A DNA stretch of 64,000 nt from Octopus vulgaris (GCA_951406725.2 OX597815.1:71114001-71178000), one strand, 5' to 3'; positions 50,183 to 63,457 are shown, counted from the stretch's first letter. Numbers and translations: made by a program. Notes: generated by a model not told the origin, from the letters alone.

Positions 50183-50771
50183 AGGCGGCGAGCTGGCAGA
50201 ATCGTGAGCACGCTGAGCGAAATGCGTAGCAGTATTTCGTCTGCCGTTACGTTCTGAGTTCAAATTCCACCGAGGTCGACTTTGCCTTTCATCCTTTCGG
50301 GGTCGATAAATTAAGTACCAGTTACGTACTGGGGTCGATCAAATCGACTTAATCCGTTTGTCTGCCCTTGTTTGTCCTCTCTGTGTTTAACCCCTTGTGG
50401 TTAGTAAAGAAATAGGTATTTCATCTGCCGCTACGTTCTGAGTTCAAATTCCGCCGAGGTCGACTTTGCCATTCATCCTTTCGGGGTCGAGTAAATAAGT
50501 ACCAGTTACGCTCTCGGGTCGATCTCATCGACTTAATCCGTTTGTCTGTCCTTGTTTGTTCCCTCTGTGTTTAGGCCCTTGTGGGTAGTAAAGAAATAGA
50601 AATAGGTATTTCGCCTGTCTTTACGTTCTGAGTTCAAATTCCGCTGTGGTCGACTTTGCCTTTCATCCTTTCGGTATCGATCAATTAAGTACCGGTTGCG
50701 TACTGGGGTCGAGCTAATCGACTGACCCCTCCCCAAATATTTCGGGCCTTGTGCCTAGAGTAGAAAAGAAT
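50183..50771 (+). mobile_element. Young trimeric SINE B (head+tail 2, headless+tail 2, headless+tail 1)
   Basis: Three repeats of GTATTTC...TACGTTCTGAGTTCAAATTCC...GTCGACTTTGCC at ~190-bp period. Confidence 0.92.
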
Positions 50772-50859
50772 GTGTAGGTTGGGGGGAAAGTTATTTTATT
50801 CTACACGGGTAGAAACACAGGAAAACGAAGTTGCAAATACACTTGATGTTGTTAGGTGA

Positions 50860-51296
50860 TTTATTTTTAAAGGTTTAACGCGTTTCATAGATTTTCCTGA
50901 TTTTCAAAAGTTAAGTGAGATAGACGTGGGGCTATGTCGCAACTGCCTTGCTTATGACTGGAGTTGAAAGATTCTCATGCTTTTATGAAGAGAACATAAC
51001 TCAAATTGGTGGTCAGTTAAGGGTACAATTTGATTAACAGATGATAATCACATAATTAGGCTAAAAATTTATGTAAGCTCCCTGCTACGCCTGTGCGTTA
51101 ATGTCATACGACAATATTTTTTGCACTAAAAGTTAAGGCTGACATGGTCAAATGAGCCATGTTCTCTCCACAAAAACATGAGAATTTTCAAACTCCAGTC
51201 AGAAGCAAGCATAACCCCACGTCTATCTATCTCATTCAACTTTTGAAAATCAGAAGAGTATGTGAAACTGGTTAAGTCGTAACCTTCAAAATAAAC
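50860..51296. repeat. Diverged inverted repeat, arms ~150 bp
   Basis: CTGATTTTCAAAAGTT..GATAGACGTGGGG..TGACTGGAGTT..ATTCTCATG has its reverse complement at 51148-51296. Confidence 0.8.
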
Positions 51297-51499
51297 TTAC
51301 ACAGTATAGAATCTCTATAATGCCATTCCTTAAAGCAGCACAATAAATCGCTTAAGCAAGCAGATTTAATGAAAAATTAGAATACATGTCCAAAATTACA
51401 AAAATTAAAACACAACTTTTAACGAAACAGAACTAGAGAACGAAACATCTGTTGGTTCAATCTTTATTGCAGATTAAACGTGGTTGTAAATGTGGCAAA

Positions 51500-51980
51500 A
51501 AGACTTTTTAACACTAAACATTTCCAATCGACCTTGAAAACAAAAAAACTATTCATCAGAAACAGCATAAAAGTTAGCAACTGATGCACAAGAAACCAAA
51601 AGTATGTCATCCAAGATATAAATAAATGAATACCTAGAGATATATATATTCAGTGAAAATGCTTAACAAAAACAGTCAATCTAAAGGTAACAGTACTGCA
51701 AGCGAGACATACCTACAGAGACTAGATCGAAGCAAAAACTACATCGACGTTCAAAGCAGATACATACAACACATATTCTTTCAAAAACGTTTTCAAAAGC
51801 TGTACAAAGTTTCTGTCAAAACACATTTGTAACTTAAAACAATATAGATACAAACATGGTAATTATAGATAGCTCTAATCTTCAATAATTACTTTCGAGA
51901 CATGTCTCCTATACACTGTAGAAAAGTGCAATAATTATGCAACAAATATTCTTGCTCTACAGAAGAAATTCATGAAGTGG
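51500..51980 (+). mobile_element. Highly degraded Penelope-like ORF remnant
   Basis: KLFIRNSIKVS (KIFNRNTVKVSYSC-like), TFK..., LSKHICNLK. Confidence 0.55.
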
Positions 51981-52477
51981 AATAAATTCATTTTCCAGAT
52001 TTGTTAGAATTGCAAGGCAGAAATCACCCTGCTCAGACAAAAGCAGCGAAAATAACAGTGGCAGTACAACAAAGCCAACACTAACAGAATAACAAAACAA
52101 AATAGCAACTAACTTCAAATTAGGAGGGAAATTTTAACATATCAGACATGCAAGACCTTGCCCAGAATATTTAAAGACATTCTTAGTGACATCAGATACA
52201 AAATAATCCGCCACACGAAACGGGAAGTATTGAATTAAAATAGCCATCTATGTATCATACGTACTGCAAATATATGTCGATAGGCCCGTTATTGCAGTAT
52301 TTGTTCTGATACAGCATTCAATAAATAACAACGGGACACGAAAATTAGTCCCAGCAGCTGCAGCAAGAACACCAGATGCATTTTGGCCTTTTCAATGGCG
52401 TGTACTCGCGGCCAGTCTCATGCTCAAACGAGAATTCATTGCTTCCTATATAGGCAAACGTGAATAAAACACTCATT

Positions 52478-53638
52478 TACATTATTTACATTCGACGGAT
52501 ATTTGTCCTCATCTTGTTTGTTGTTAACACAACGTTTGGACTTTTTCAGGTGTCTTGGGGAAATTTCGAACCTGGATTCTCATTCCTAAGGTATTTTTCG
52601 ATGTTATTATTATTATTATTGTTATTGTTTAGGTCACTGCTTGGAATCGAACTCGGAATCTTGGGGTTAGTAGCCCGCGCTCTTAACCAATAAGCAATTA
52701 TGAAATGAATTTTAGGGTTTATAAATCTAATATTTTTCTATCCTTCGTTAATACCGGCTGCCATATGCTGCTCATATCTGCACTCGGTCTGCTTAGGAGG
52801 TTGTTGTGTCCTAGCATATGTGCTGCTTCTTTTAGTTTTCATATTTTCCAGTGGTGTTCTCTGTCTATTATTTTAACTTCATCCCACAGGAGGAGGTGGT
52901 CTCCATTTTTCCATACATGATCAGCTATACTCGATTTATCAATATCTCCTCGTGTCACAGCTTTGCGATGTTCGTCTACCTTTATTTTGAGGGGGAGGGC
53001 ATGTTTCGCCTTTGTATAATCTACCACAGCTGCATGGGATGGAGTACATGCAGTCTTTGGTCATATTCATTTCTACTGGTGGTTTTACTCGAAGGAGTTA
53101 TTTGCGAAGTGTTGTATTACTCTTGAATACTGTCTTGATGTCATATGGGCCGCATATCTTTTCTATCTTTTCGGAGAGGCCTTTCACATAGGGCAGACTG
53201 ACTGTGGACAGTTAATTGGCCTCCTCCTCTCTCTTCTTCATAATTGTGGATAGTATATTTTTGGGGTAGTTATTGCTTTACAGATCGTTATTGAGATTGA
53301 TCATTTCTTTGTGGTGTGTATCACGATCGCTACTAATATTCTTTGCTCGTTCTTTGTTTTAGGCACTGAGCAATCCCTCTCTTCACACTGTATGGATGGT
53401 GGGAATTGAAGTTGAGGTATCGTCCAGTAAAGGTCGGCTTGCGGTATACGGATGTCCTAAATCTATGCTTGGTGTGTGTTATTAATACGTCCAGGAATGC
53501 CAGCTGATTGTCTTTTTCCTTTTTCATTGTGAACTTTATATCAGCCGAAACGTTGTGTTAACAACAAACAAGATGAGGACAAATATCCGTTGAATGTAAA
53601 TAATGTACATAATTCCTCATCTCTTAAATATAGAACTG
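52478..53638 (-). mobile_element. 5'-truncated Penelope-like element (RT C-terminus, GIY-YIG, pLTR) with inverted partial pLTR and 13-bp flanking duplication
   Basis: KEKDNQLAFLDVLI..TSVYRKPTFTGRYLNFNSHHP; MYSIPCSCGRLYKGET..EHRK..SSIADH..KEA; 52478-52537 inverted at 53550-53607; flanks TAAAACACTCATT / TAAAACACTTATT. Confidence 0.92.
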
Positions 53639-54921
53639 TAAAACACTTATTGTTGTTGCAAATAGCCACACATCTAGATAAAAAATCCAGTATGCGCAAT
53701 TGAGACAGTATTAAATAATAAAGGCTATCTATGTACCATACTTAATGTAAATACTCCGTTGATAGGTCAGCCACTGTGGTATTCGTTCGCAGATGCTTTT
53801 GTCTCCCTCCAATATTTATTATGCTTTTAACACAGAACATCCATCGATGTACTCTCAAAATGAATACTGCCGTCAGTGGACCCGAAACGATAGTGTTGTG
53901 AAGTTTACTTCTTAACCACACAGCTATTTTGCGTTTCTGCCTTTACAGTTATGTGCTTATATGCAAAAAAGAAAAAATTAAATTAAAATTAAAACCAAAA
54001 CCGTACTAAACGAGCACGCGTAAGAAAATCTGAAATTCAAATTAGATATGGATATTTTCATTGTACACTAGTGTTACATACGGTGGTACATTGAGTAAAC
54101 GTGTCAGAGTAAAGTAACTGATGATATTATATGATTTTGTAATAGCAACATGAAGATTAAACGGCACGGCGACAAAAGATTATATGTTAAACTGGTTATA
54201 AGTCATTAAATATAATCAATAGAACTGGAAGAGACTATTGGCAGTCTATGTAAGCAAGATTGATTGGAATAAAAGCAAACAATGGAAATATGTTAAATGC
54301 GCTGTGAGCAAGAGAAAGTCTTAACATTGTGGTCAAGGCCCTTAATTCTTCGCTGAATGCTTTTACAGGTCACGAGGTCAGTTAGTGATTCATTGTTTAA
54401 TTGTCATGTTATAAACCTGGGGAGATGAAGTGTATGTAGTGTACATAATGTGGTTTTCTCTGACTATGTGGTCTTACGTGTGTCTATGTGGTATTACGTG
54501 CATCTCTGTGGCATTGTGTGTGTGTGTGTATGTGTGTTGTAAATCTGGGGAAATGAAGTGTTTGTGTCAAAGTATGTAATGTACATCATGTAGTTTTCTT
54601 TGTGTGCATGTGTATGCATAAAGTTTTCTGTGTAACTATGTGGTGTTATGTGTGTGTGTTATAAATCCGAGGAGATGAAGTATTTGTTGTGATGTATGTT
54701 TTACGCTTGTACTTTTCGTTGTGTGAGTACATCATGTGTGTCTGTGCTGTGTTATACGTGTGTGAGTACATATGTGATTGTAACGTTACGTGTGTGTGTG
54801 TGTGTGAGTACATGAGTTGTGTTATGTGTGTGAATCCGCGTGCTGTTATGCGTGTTTATATGTGTAATATCTTTTGAGCGAATATGTGTGGTGTGACTAG
54901 AGTGTGTGCATGCGTGCGTGC

Positions 54922-54975
<54 letters not shown>

Positions 54976-54980
<5 letters not shown>

Positions 54981-55268
54981 TGGCTGAGCATTCCACAGAC
55001 GTACCCTTAACGTAGTTCTCGGGGAGATTCAGCGTGACACAGAATGTGACAAGGCTGGCCTTTTGAAATGCAAATACAACAGAAACAGGAAGAGTGAGAG
55101 TAAGTTGTGGTGAAAGAGTACAGCAGGGTTCACTACCACCCCCTGTCGGAGTCTCGTGGAGCTTTAGGTGTTTTTGCTCAATAAACACAACGACCGGTCT
55201 GGGAATCGAAACCGCGATCCTACAACCGCGAGTCCGCTGCCCTAACCAATAGGCCATTGCATCTCCAC
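54976..55268 (-). mobile_element. tRNA-derived SINE, family E
   Basis: Minus strand GTGGAGATGCAATGGCCTATTGGTTAGGGCAGCGGACTCGCGG...GGTTTCGATTCCCAGACC. Confidence 0.85.
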
Positions 55269-55354
55269 TCTGACTTTATAGTGGCTGCTCATACCACTTT
55301 GTCACTTGGGAAGGGGAGTACCATTTTCACTGCAAAAAATAGTAATAATGATAA

Positions 55355-56580
55355 TCCTTTCTTTATTGACCACAAGGGCTGAACACAAAAACATTTAGGG
55401 GCAATGTAAACAAGGGACAAGTGGGGGTTAGAACAGAAAATGCGTAAAACAATAAAAAACACAATCAGTTAACAAAAAATCTAACAACAAACTTCCCCAA
55501 TAGGAAGGAGTTCCACCCAGGGTTAACCAGGGCACCTCACACATCCTGGTAACCTCATACATCCTGGTAACCCCACACATGCTGGTCACCCCGAATGTCA
55601 AGGGCATGTTAGGTAGGCACCCTTCTGCCCCTCAAATGCTTCGGTTTACAGACGAATATTCATACGAGCCATTTTTCAGGTTTACAGACGAATATTGATA
55701 CGAGCCATTTTCGCAACATTCACCTACCTTTCAACAAAATTACTAGAGAGCAGTACTTCCCTCTGTACCCTCACTCTTTTTTTAAGTGGAACTTGAAAAA
55801 GCCGAAGAGAAGAGTGTCTGTCTTCAGTCCTTTAGGTCTCGTCCACCACACTACATCTTTCGCTATAGCCACCTGGTAGAGATAAACTGCCTTTCCCTCC
55901 AGGCCAAAAGAAGGCAGCGTAGCGATCCTCACAATATATTCGGCTGGTAACCGGGTCCGTTTTACACGTGACAACAGCTCCACAAGTCAGTAATGCATGG
56001 ACACTGGACGAGTGCATGCAGGACGGTTTCATCATACAGCGCACACCTTGTACAGGTTCTTCTGACAGTACTTCCGTGCCTGTAGAGCTTGTCTCGAACC
56101 GACAGAGCTCCCCGGTAGCACTACCAAGCCAGGGATTTCTGAAAGTTATCGATAGGCCCCGGCCCGAAAGTCCTCTGGAAAAAACCAGTCTGTTGATCCC
56201 TCCCGGTGCCCAGAATTTCCCCGAGTACGTTGTCGTTCTTTCCCCTCTACAAATCCCCTATAGAACTCCACAGTGTAACTTCCACCGACCGCATTACCCG
56301 ACTGGCAGAAAACTGGGCGCTTGCTGACACTCCAGGTGCCAAGTGCCTTTCTTGGTCTACGCTTGCCCCAGGACTGTAGCTCCATCAATGAGACGAGCTG
56401 CAGAAAGTCCCGTTTGACGAACGGCGACTACACCTGCTCACCGTTAAGGAAACGCTGGAGAAGTCGCAGCCGCAACGCATGTCTGCGTATTATTAGCCAC
56501 GCCATGCCCAGTCCTTCACTCAGCAGCCGTTGACAACAGATGCACCGTCTGACGAGCGGAACACGTCCCTTCCATAGATT
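55355..56580 (-). mobile_element. L1/Tx1-like LINE 3' end (ORF2 C-terminal zinc finger and 3'UTR)
   Basis: CTRCALYDETVLHALVQC (CX2C..ET..H...C), VAIAKDVVWWTR; 3'UTR with 18-bp tandem repeats, ending AATAAAGAAAG. Confidence 0.82.
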
Positions 56581-56617
56581 CTGCTAGTACTTCGCCTTAT
56601 TTCGATGCAATAATAAT

Positions 56618-56835
56618 CATTTCTACTATAGGCACAAAACCAGAAAATTAAGGGAAGGGGTAGTAAGTCGATTACATCGATCCCGATGTTTAACTGGTAC
56701 TTGTTTTATCGACCCCGAAAGGATGAAAAGCAAAGTCAACCTGAGCGGCATTTGAACTCAAAACGTAAAGAGCCGGAAGAACCGCACAAAGCATTTTGGT
56801 CCAACGTGCTAACTATTCCACCAGCTCGCTGCCTT
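56618..56835 (-). mobile_element. SINE family B, tail type 1
   Basis: Full homology to other B copies. Confidence 0.88.
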
Positions 56836-57514
56836 AGCAATGAATAGATAAATAAATGAATAAATACACAAATAAATGAATAACTGATGATGGTGTTATA
56901 TGTTAATTCGTTAAAGGTAACATAGTTATTAATATAAAAAAACTGTATTGTTTTTATATGTCGCTGACGCTGTCCAGCGGTGACGTTGATTTTAAGTGTG
57001 CCAATGGTGTTAGAGAGATATGGTAATTATATCATTGTATATCGATCTGTTTCTGGCATTACCAAAGTAATTTTAAATGCTAGACCGTTTCTATAAACTA
57101 AATGAAAGAAGCAAAAGAAAGAAACACACATTCCGTGTAAAAAGGTGAACGTCTGCTCGAGATTGAGATCTTTTGAAATTCTGCAAAACCGTTCTTCTTT
57201 GTTAACGCTTTTCCTTTTTGTTTTTGTTATATTCGTTTGTTTGTTTGTTTGCTTACTCTTTGTATGCACAAACAGTCACGTGTACAAATACATGCAAACA
57301 TATAATAAAAGTATAGCCAAACACTTATATATAAACACACAGAAATATATACAAACATGAATATATTTATATATATATATATATATTCACACTCACACAC
57401 ATACACACACATATTTATATATATTCACACGCACACACACGCATATATACATATGAGTGTATGTATGTATATGCGAATATGTATGTATGTTATATATATA
57501 TATATGTATATACA

Positions 57515-58163
57515 CGTGGTTTGATCAAAAAGTATCCGGGCTGTTGCCATAGTAACGAAGCTAAAGCACACAGACTGAAGCCGCTTGTCACAAATTGACC
57601 TTGGACTCTGTTATGCATGCGCACTAAGTTTTAACGTTCTAGCTCACTTCCACTATTTACAACAGTGCTTGGAAGAAAGGTGTGTAACGTGTGACCGACG
57701 CATTGACCATTACAGAGAAAGTTGAGCTGAGAATTTGCATCAAATTTTGCCAAAAACTTGGCGATACCTGTTCAGAGGCACACGCTGAAAAAAGTTTTCA
57801 TCGTTATCGATACAATCAAGGAGATCATGTGCATCAAAAACCCGAGAGCCTTTTTGGTCAGCTGAAAGCAGTTTTGGCACAAACTTGGCAAACGCGCGTC
57901 TCACACCCAAATCTTCAGTGATAATGGACTGAACTGGACCGTAACTAATCCGCACATCTTCTGATAACTCACGGATGGTGATTCGACGATTTCCCCTCAC
58001 AGCTGCATACAAATCAACGATGTTTTTCTCAGTTCTGCTGGTTGCGGGTCTCCCAGAACGTTAAAATTTAGTGCGCATTCACAACAGGATTCAAGGTCAA
58101 TCTTTGCCAAGCTTTAGCTTCGTTATTATGGCAACAGTCCGCATACTTATTGATCAACCCTCG
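57515..58163. mobile_element. Rearranged non-autonomous mariner built from two 5' ends
   Basis: 57515-57637 is inverted at 58057-58163; forward N-terminus (EKVELRICIKFC) followed by an inverted internal transposase piece. Confidence 0.88.
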
Positions 58164-58268
58164 TATCTATGATACACGTACACACACGTGTGTTTACATA
58201 CATACATACATACATACACACACACACATACATACATACATACATACATACATACATACATACATACA

Positions 58269-58304
<36 letters not shown>

Positions 58305-58639
58305 TGCTACATATATATACATACATATAATTATATATATGTGTGCTTATGTACACACAGAGACACAGACACACACATATATATACACAGCCGCACATAT
58401 GCAACTACACAAATGCAAGCATCCACACACACACACTAACAGACGACACGTACTATATAGTGTCCAGCCATCATCATCCAAGTTTCCACATGACATATAT
58501 GATGATTCGGAGAAATACAGACACGTTAGTAGAAAGGTTAAAGTTCACACTCCTTTACTGTCTCAAGATATCAGTAAAGGATAGTGAAGTCGTTCTACCA
58601 AATATTTCAACATTTAGAACGTAGGACGTCTTCAACGAT

Positions 58640-58671
<32 letters not shown>

Positions 58672-58685
58672 CATACATACATACA

Positions 58686-58716
<31 letters not shown>

Positions 58717-59199
58717 CTGTATGTGTGTGTACATGTATGCATGTGTGTGCGTGTGCACGCGCGTTTTTGCATATATGTATATATATATATGTGTGTGTGT
58801 GTGTGACAAGCTTCAGCACAGTTTCTGTCTGCCAAGAGTCACTGGTATAATGCTGCACAGTGGAATCGAACCAGAGGCCACGTGGCTGAGAAGCAAACTT
58901 CTGAATCACATGAGCATGCCTGCACATATGTCTAAAGCACCTTTCTACTCATATCCCTTAGTCATGATTTATCAATATTCACTTCTAAAAGTGAACCAAA
59001 ACTCTACTAAAAACTTAGCATCGGCCTCAAGTTTATTAAAAATCTATAATATTTATTTTTATTTTCTCCGATACCACAATCTATCGAAAGTAAAAAAATA
59101 ACACTTTTTTAAAGCATTCGCTCGTTACAAGGTCCTTAGACTACTGAAAACGTAAGAACTACTAGAATAAAATGGACGCAAGACAGAAGTCAATAGATG

Positions 59200-60265
59200 A
59201 CGATGTACATTAGACTTAAACGGCTAGTCATATTGAAGAGGAAAACAAGACTGGGGAAGGGAATTCCAAAGTTCAGAGGTGGGAGGGAAGCAACTGGTGC
59301 TGTAAAGAGCTTTACGACACTTAGAAGGTTGCACAGTATACTGATGAGAACTGGATGCAAGTCTAGTTGATCGCTGATAAGTTCTTAAAGGAGGAACCAG
59401 AGAAGAGCGCTCAGCTGAACAATGTCCATGAAAATACTTATAGAAAAGAGACAAGGAAGCCACACGACGACGATGAGAGAGTGAATCCAATTTAGAAGAT
59501 AGACCAGGATCAATAGCATTACGAATATGGCGTTGAATCCGGGCCAACAGAGTTAAACAAACCGCATGTGACAACAGTACTCAATGCTTGGACGAATGCT
59601 GGACTTATAAAGATAAAGAATAGTCTCAGGAGTGAGATAACTCCTCGAACGATGGAGTGAGTCTATCTTCATTACAGCTGATTTGGCAATAGATTCAATG
59701 TGAGTCCTCCAAGAAAAATCATTACAGAAAATCACTCCTTGGAGACGAAGAGAACGACTCTCAGGTAAGTCAATACCATCCATCGAAATCGATGGCAAGA
59801 AAGGATGTCTGAAGCGATTAATTGAAAGAAGTTTAGTTTACGATGGATTGAACGTTACAAGCCATTTCGTACGACACTCAACAATAGATCGAAGATCATT
59901 CTCGAGGTTAGCAATGATCTCAACCTTATCAGACAAGTCGTCAGATTTGTCCAAACAAGAGTACAAAGTAGAGTCAACAGCATAAATTACTAGCTGATAG
60001 ATAATATAATCAGGAGGCAGGTCATTGATAAAAAGAAGAAACAGAGTTGGGCCCAGGACAGATCCTTGAGGAACTCCAAGTGAAGATTGACCATCAAGAA
60101 CAACTTTGATTCTACGGTCATAAAGAAAAGAGATGGTGTTCAGCATGAAACCCGACACACAAAGGATTGGCGCTTCCATAGAAGTCCAGGATGCCAGACC
60201 CTATCAAATGCCTTAAAGATATCATGAGCAACTGCCCTAGCTTGACCAGATACATTTAAGTACGA
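59200..60265 (-). mobile_element. Degraded LINE RT and C-terminus, CR1/L2 group
   Basis: DIFKAFDRVWH, GVPQGSVLGPTLFLLFIND, IYAVDSTLY, LYKSSIRPSIEYC, LWNSLP. Confidence 0.92.
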
Positions 60266-60753
60266 TAAACAAGCTACTAAATACGAACATCACTAACAAT
60301 TATAGACAGACTAACGCACAAATATGTAATAATATAAATATCGAAGCGAAAGTATGTAGCTCAGGATCTGAAATTAGCCAATAAATTAGAATGTCCTTAA
60401 GTGCGAGGCATATGTCACTTTTAAGAGCCACAACAAACGTTTGCCTCAATTTCTTATCAGAAATAGAACCAAACAGTAAAAATATTATAGTTAATATTAT
60501 AGTTAATGATAAGAAAAACCCGAATTCTGGCAATAAAAAGGCGTCAGTTTAAAAATACAAATACCAAACACGACTCAAGATTTGCTCAATTAGACATTAT
60601 AGATACTAATCCTTTGATTTTTTTTTTCCTACCCTACTCAACCCTATCTCCAATAAAACTGGTGTTCCATTTATTCTTTTGAAATGTTCATACGAAGCAC
60701 AGACATACGCACACACACTCACACACACAGACACACACACACACACACACACG

Positions 60754-60798
<45 letters not shown>

Positions 60799-62159
60799 GC
60801 ATGCACGCACGCACACACAGATACAGATGCAAACCCATGCGCAGATGATATATATCACAGAAAGACAAAATAGAATAATGAGTAAAAAAGGAGACCAGTG
60901 AGATAAGTTGGAGAGGTGTCACAAAGAAACTAAAGTAATAGTGATAAAGCTGAAGCGAAGACCAAATATATAGGTCGTGTGTTTAATCGGCAAAATATGA
61001 CCATCCCCAAGTATAACAATATCCTCTTACATTATCTTCAATTCTAGGGTAGGGTTATCAACTTTAGCGATTACAAGTTAGTAATTATATAATGTTATAT
61101 AGAGGGAGGGCTTCCTTACCCTTACTGTATATATCATTATATACATAAAGCGCCCTAGACAACAAAATAAACGATGCAACTCGGAAATTACTATGGACAC
61201 TCAAATGATTTTACTGTTCAATAAGAAATTCGCTTGGGATTAATAACAAATAAGATCGTACAGGTTTATTTGACATCAATATGGAGTCATGCGACAACAC
61301 TTATTGACTTATCCATATATTAAGTAGAAGTACTTAGTAATGAATTTACTTCATCAAATATCAGATTCTCGAGAGATGACGGACTACCCATTCACAATAT
61401 GCGCAGCAGTTATGCATGAGACACATATAGAGACTATCAATCTCTATGATATGTCATCTCTATAGGCTCATTTGTTTATTGTTATTTGTTTTTTGATTAC
61501 CTCTTTCTTTTTCACTCCTTTTATTATATCATCCCGTCTGTAAATAATTGACGTAACAGTAGAAAGCCTGCCTAATCTGGTGTCCAAATTTTACTGCATT
61601 CTAATTTTCAGATTAGCATGAGATTAAAATGTAGACATATTCAAACCTCAGTGTGAAGCCCCAGGCCCTCCCTATAAATTCCCCTTATATTTATATCACT
61701 TATCAACTATAAACCCATCAGGTTAGTTGATGCCACAAGACAGATTTACTGTTGGAAATAGCAGAACACCGTTTAACGCTAGAGTCCACAGTTCACTATA
61801 TTAAATATATTAACTCTAACTTAGCTAGTATATTATTTAATGCAAATGTAATAAAAAGTGTAATAAATAGTGTTAATATATCACAGACTAATTAACCTTA
61901 GAAATTTATATTTTTTGAAACATTATTTTGTTTTGTATGTGTAGAGTGTTGTGCATAATACTTTATTGATTTTCTCTTCAGTTGTTTAAACTCAAGATAA
62001 ATTTAATATCGTTTGTTTTATCATTTAACATATGAATAAGAAATGCGACATTAATATTCAAGACATAAAGCTGGGGAACTGGCGGACACGGAAACGTGGT
62101 GAGTTAGATATCATATAATATATGTTAGTTTCATGGCAGCATGCTAACATTTCTGCCAT

Positions 62160-62340
62160 CACGCCGGGCGAAATACTTTTCGTCTGTCTTTAAGTTCTGA
62201 GTTTAAATTCGCCGAGGTCGACTTTGCCTTTCATCCTTTCGGGGTCGATAAATTAAGTACCAGTTGTGTACTGTGGTCAATCTAATCGACTGGCCCCTCC
62301 CGAAACATTTCGGGCCTTGTGCCTAAAGAAGAAAAGAATA
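62160..62340 (+). mobile_element. SINE family B, tail type 1
   Basis: GCCGAGGTCGACTTTGCCTTTCATCCTTTCGGGGTCG...GGCCTTGTGCCT. Confidence 0.88.
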
Positions 62341-62629
62341 TATGTTAGTTTCGTCTCTAATATTCTAAGTTCAAATTACATCGAATCTTTTTCTCTCTCT
62401 TCATTTCTAGGGGTCGACGGATTCGATTGATTAATGCCTTTTAATATAGAAGAAGTTTCGGGTCTAATTATGGTCATTAAATAAATACGATATCTTGAAG
62501 GTTACTTTTGCGTTCAATTAAATCAAGGAATTCAGCGACAACTGGGTTCTAACCACCCTCACCTTAACTTTGGTATGCATAACTCTGGAACCAGCGTCAG
62601 TATTGAGAAATGCCTTCCAGAGAAATGTC

Positions 62630-62778
62630 AGGCTGAATGGTAATAAGCTTGCTTCCCAACCACATGGCTCCGGGTTCAATCTTACTGCGTGTCAAAATCA
62701 GCAGATGTCTTCTACTATAGTATCGGACCGGTCAAAACCCTGTGAGTAGATTTGAAAGAAAGAAACTGAAAGAAGCCC

Positions 62779-62842
<64 letters not shown>

Positions 62843-63155
62843 CCTTTTTTGTATCGCCTAACTGTCTGGATGTTTTGCGTTCTTGTCCCATTTTATATTA
62901 TATATATATATATATATAAATATCTTTGTCTTTATGCTTGTGTTTGTGTTTGTCCCCCACCACCGCTTGACAACCGATGATGGTGTGTTTACGTTCCTGT
63001 AACTTTGCGGTTCAGCAAAAGAGACCAATAGAATAAGTACTAGGCTTAAAAACAAAAAGATATGTCTCGAGGTCGATTTGTTTGGCTAAAACCCTTCAAT
63101 GCGGTACCCCAGCATGGCTACAATCAATTAACTGAAACAAGTAAAGCATAAAAGA
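62630..63155 (+). mobile_element. SINE family A with expanded internal (TA)n
   Basis: Head, GAAAGAAGCCCG, (TA)n with a ~60-bp insert, tail. Confidence 0.88.
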
Positions 63156-63421
63156 TATGTGTGTGTGTGTGAGTATATATATATATATACAATATGCACT
63201 TTATAGCATTCGTTCACTACGCGCGCTTGGCCGGTGTGGCTGATTGCATCTTCGGCAATGGATGTTAGTAGTGCATTTGGGAGCAGGTCCACAACTGTTC
63301 TTCAAGGGAAAACTTTATTGCATAGTATCAGGGACATATCTTTTGTGCTGACCGGAGCAGTGCTTAAGTTTGCTACCCGCACACCCTTAGCTACACTACT
63401 GTATTGCACTCACAGAAAATA

Positions 63422-63457
<36 letters not shown>

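Noticed and set aside
54405-54700. Three TAAA.C.GG.GA.ATGAAGT motifs at ~125-bp spacing
   Set aside because: Degenerate tandem duplication within TG-rich low-complexity sequence; no further structure
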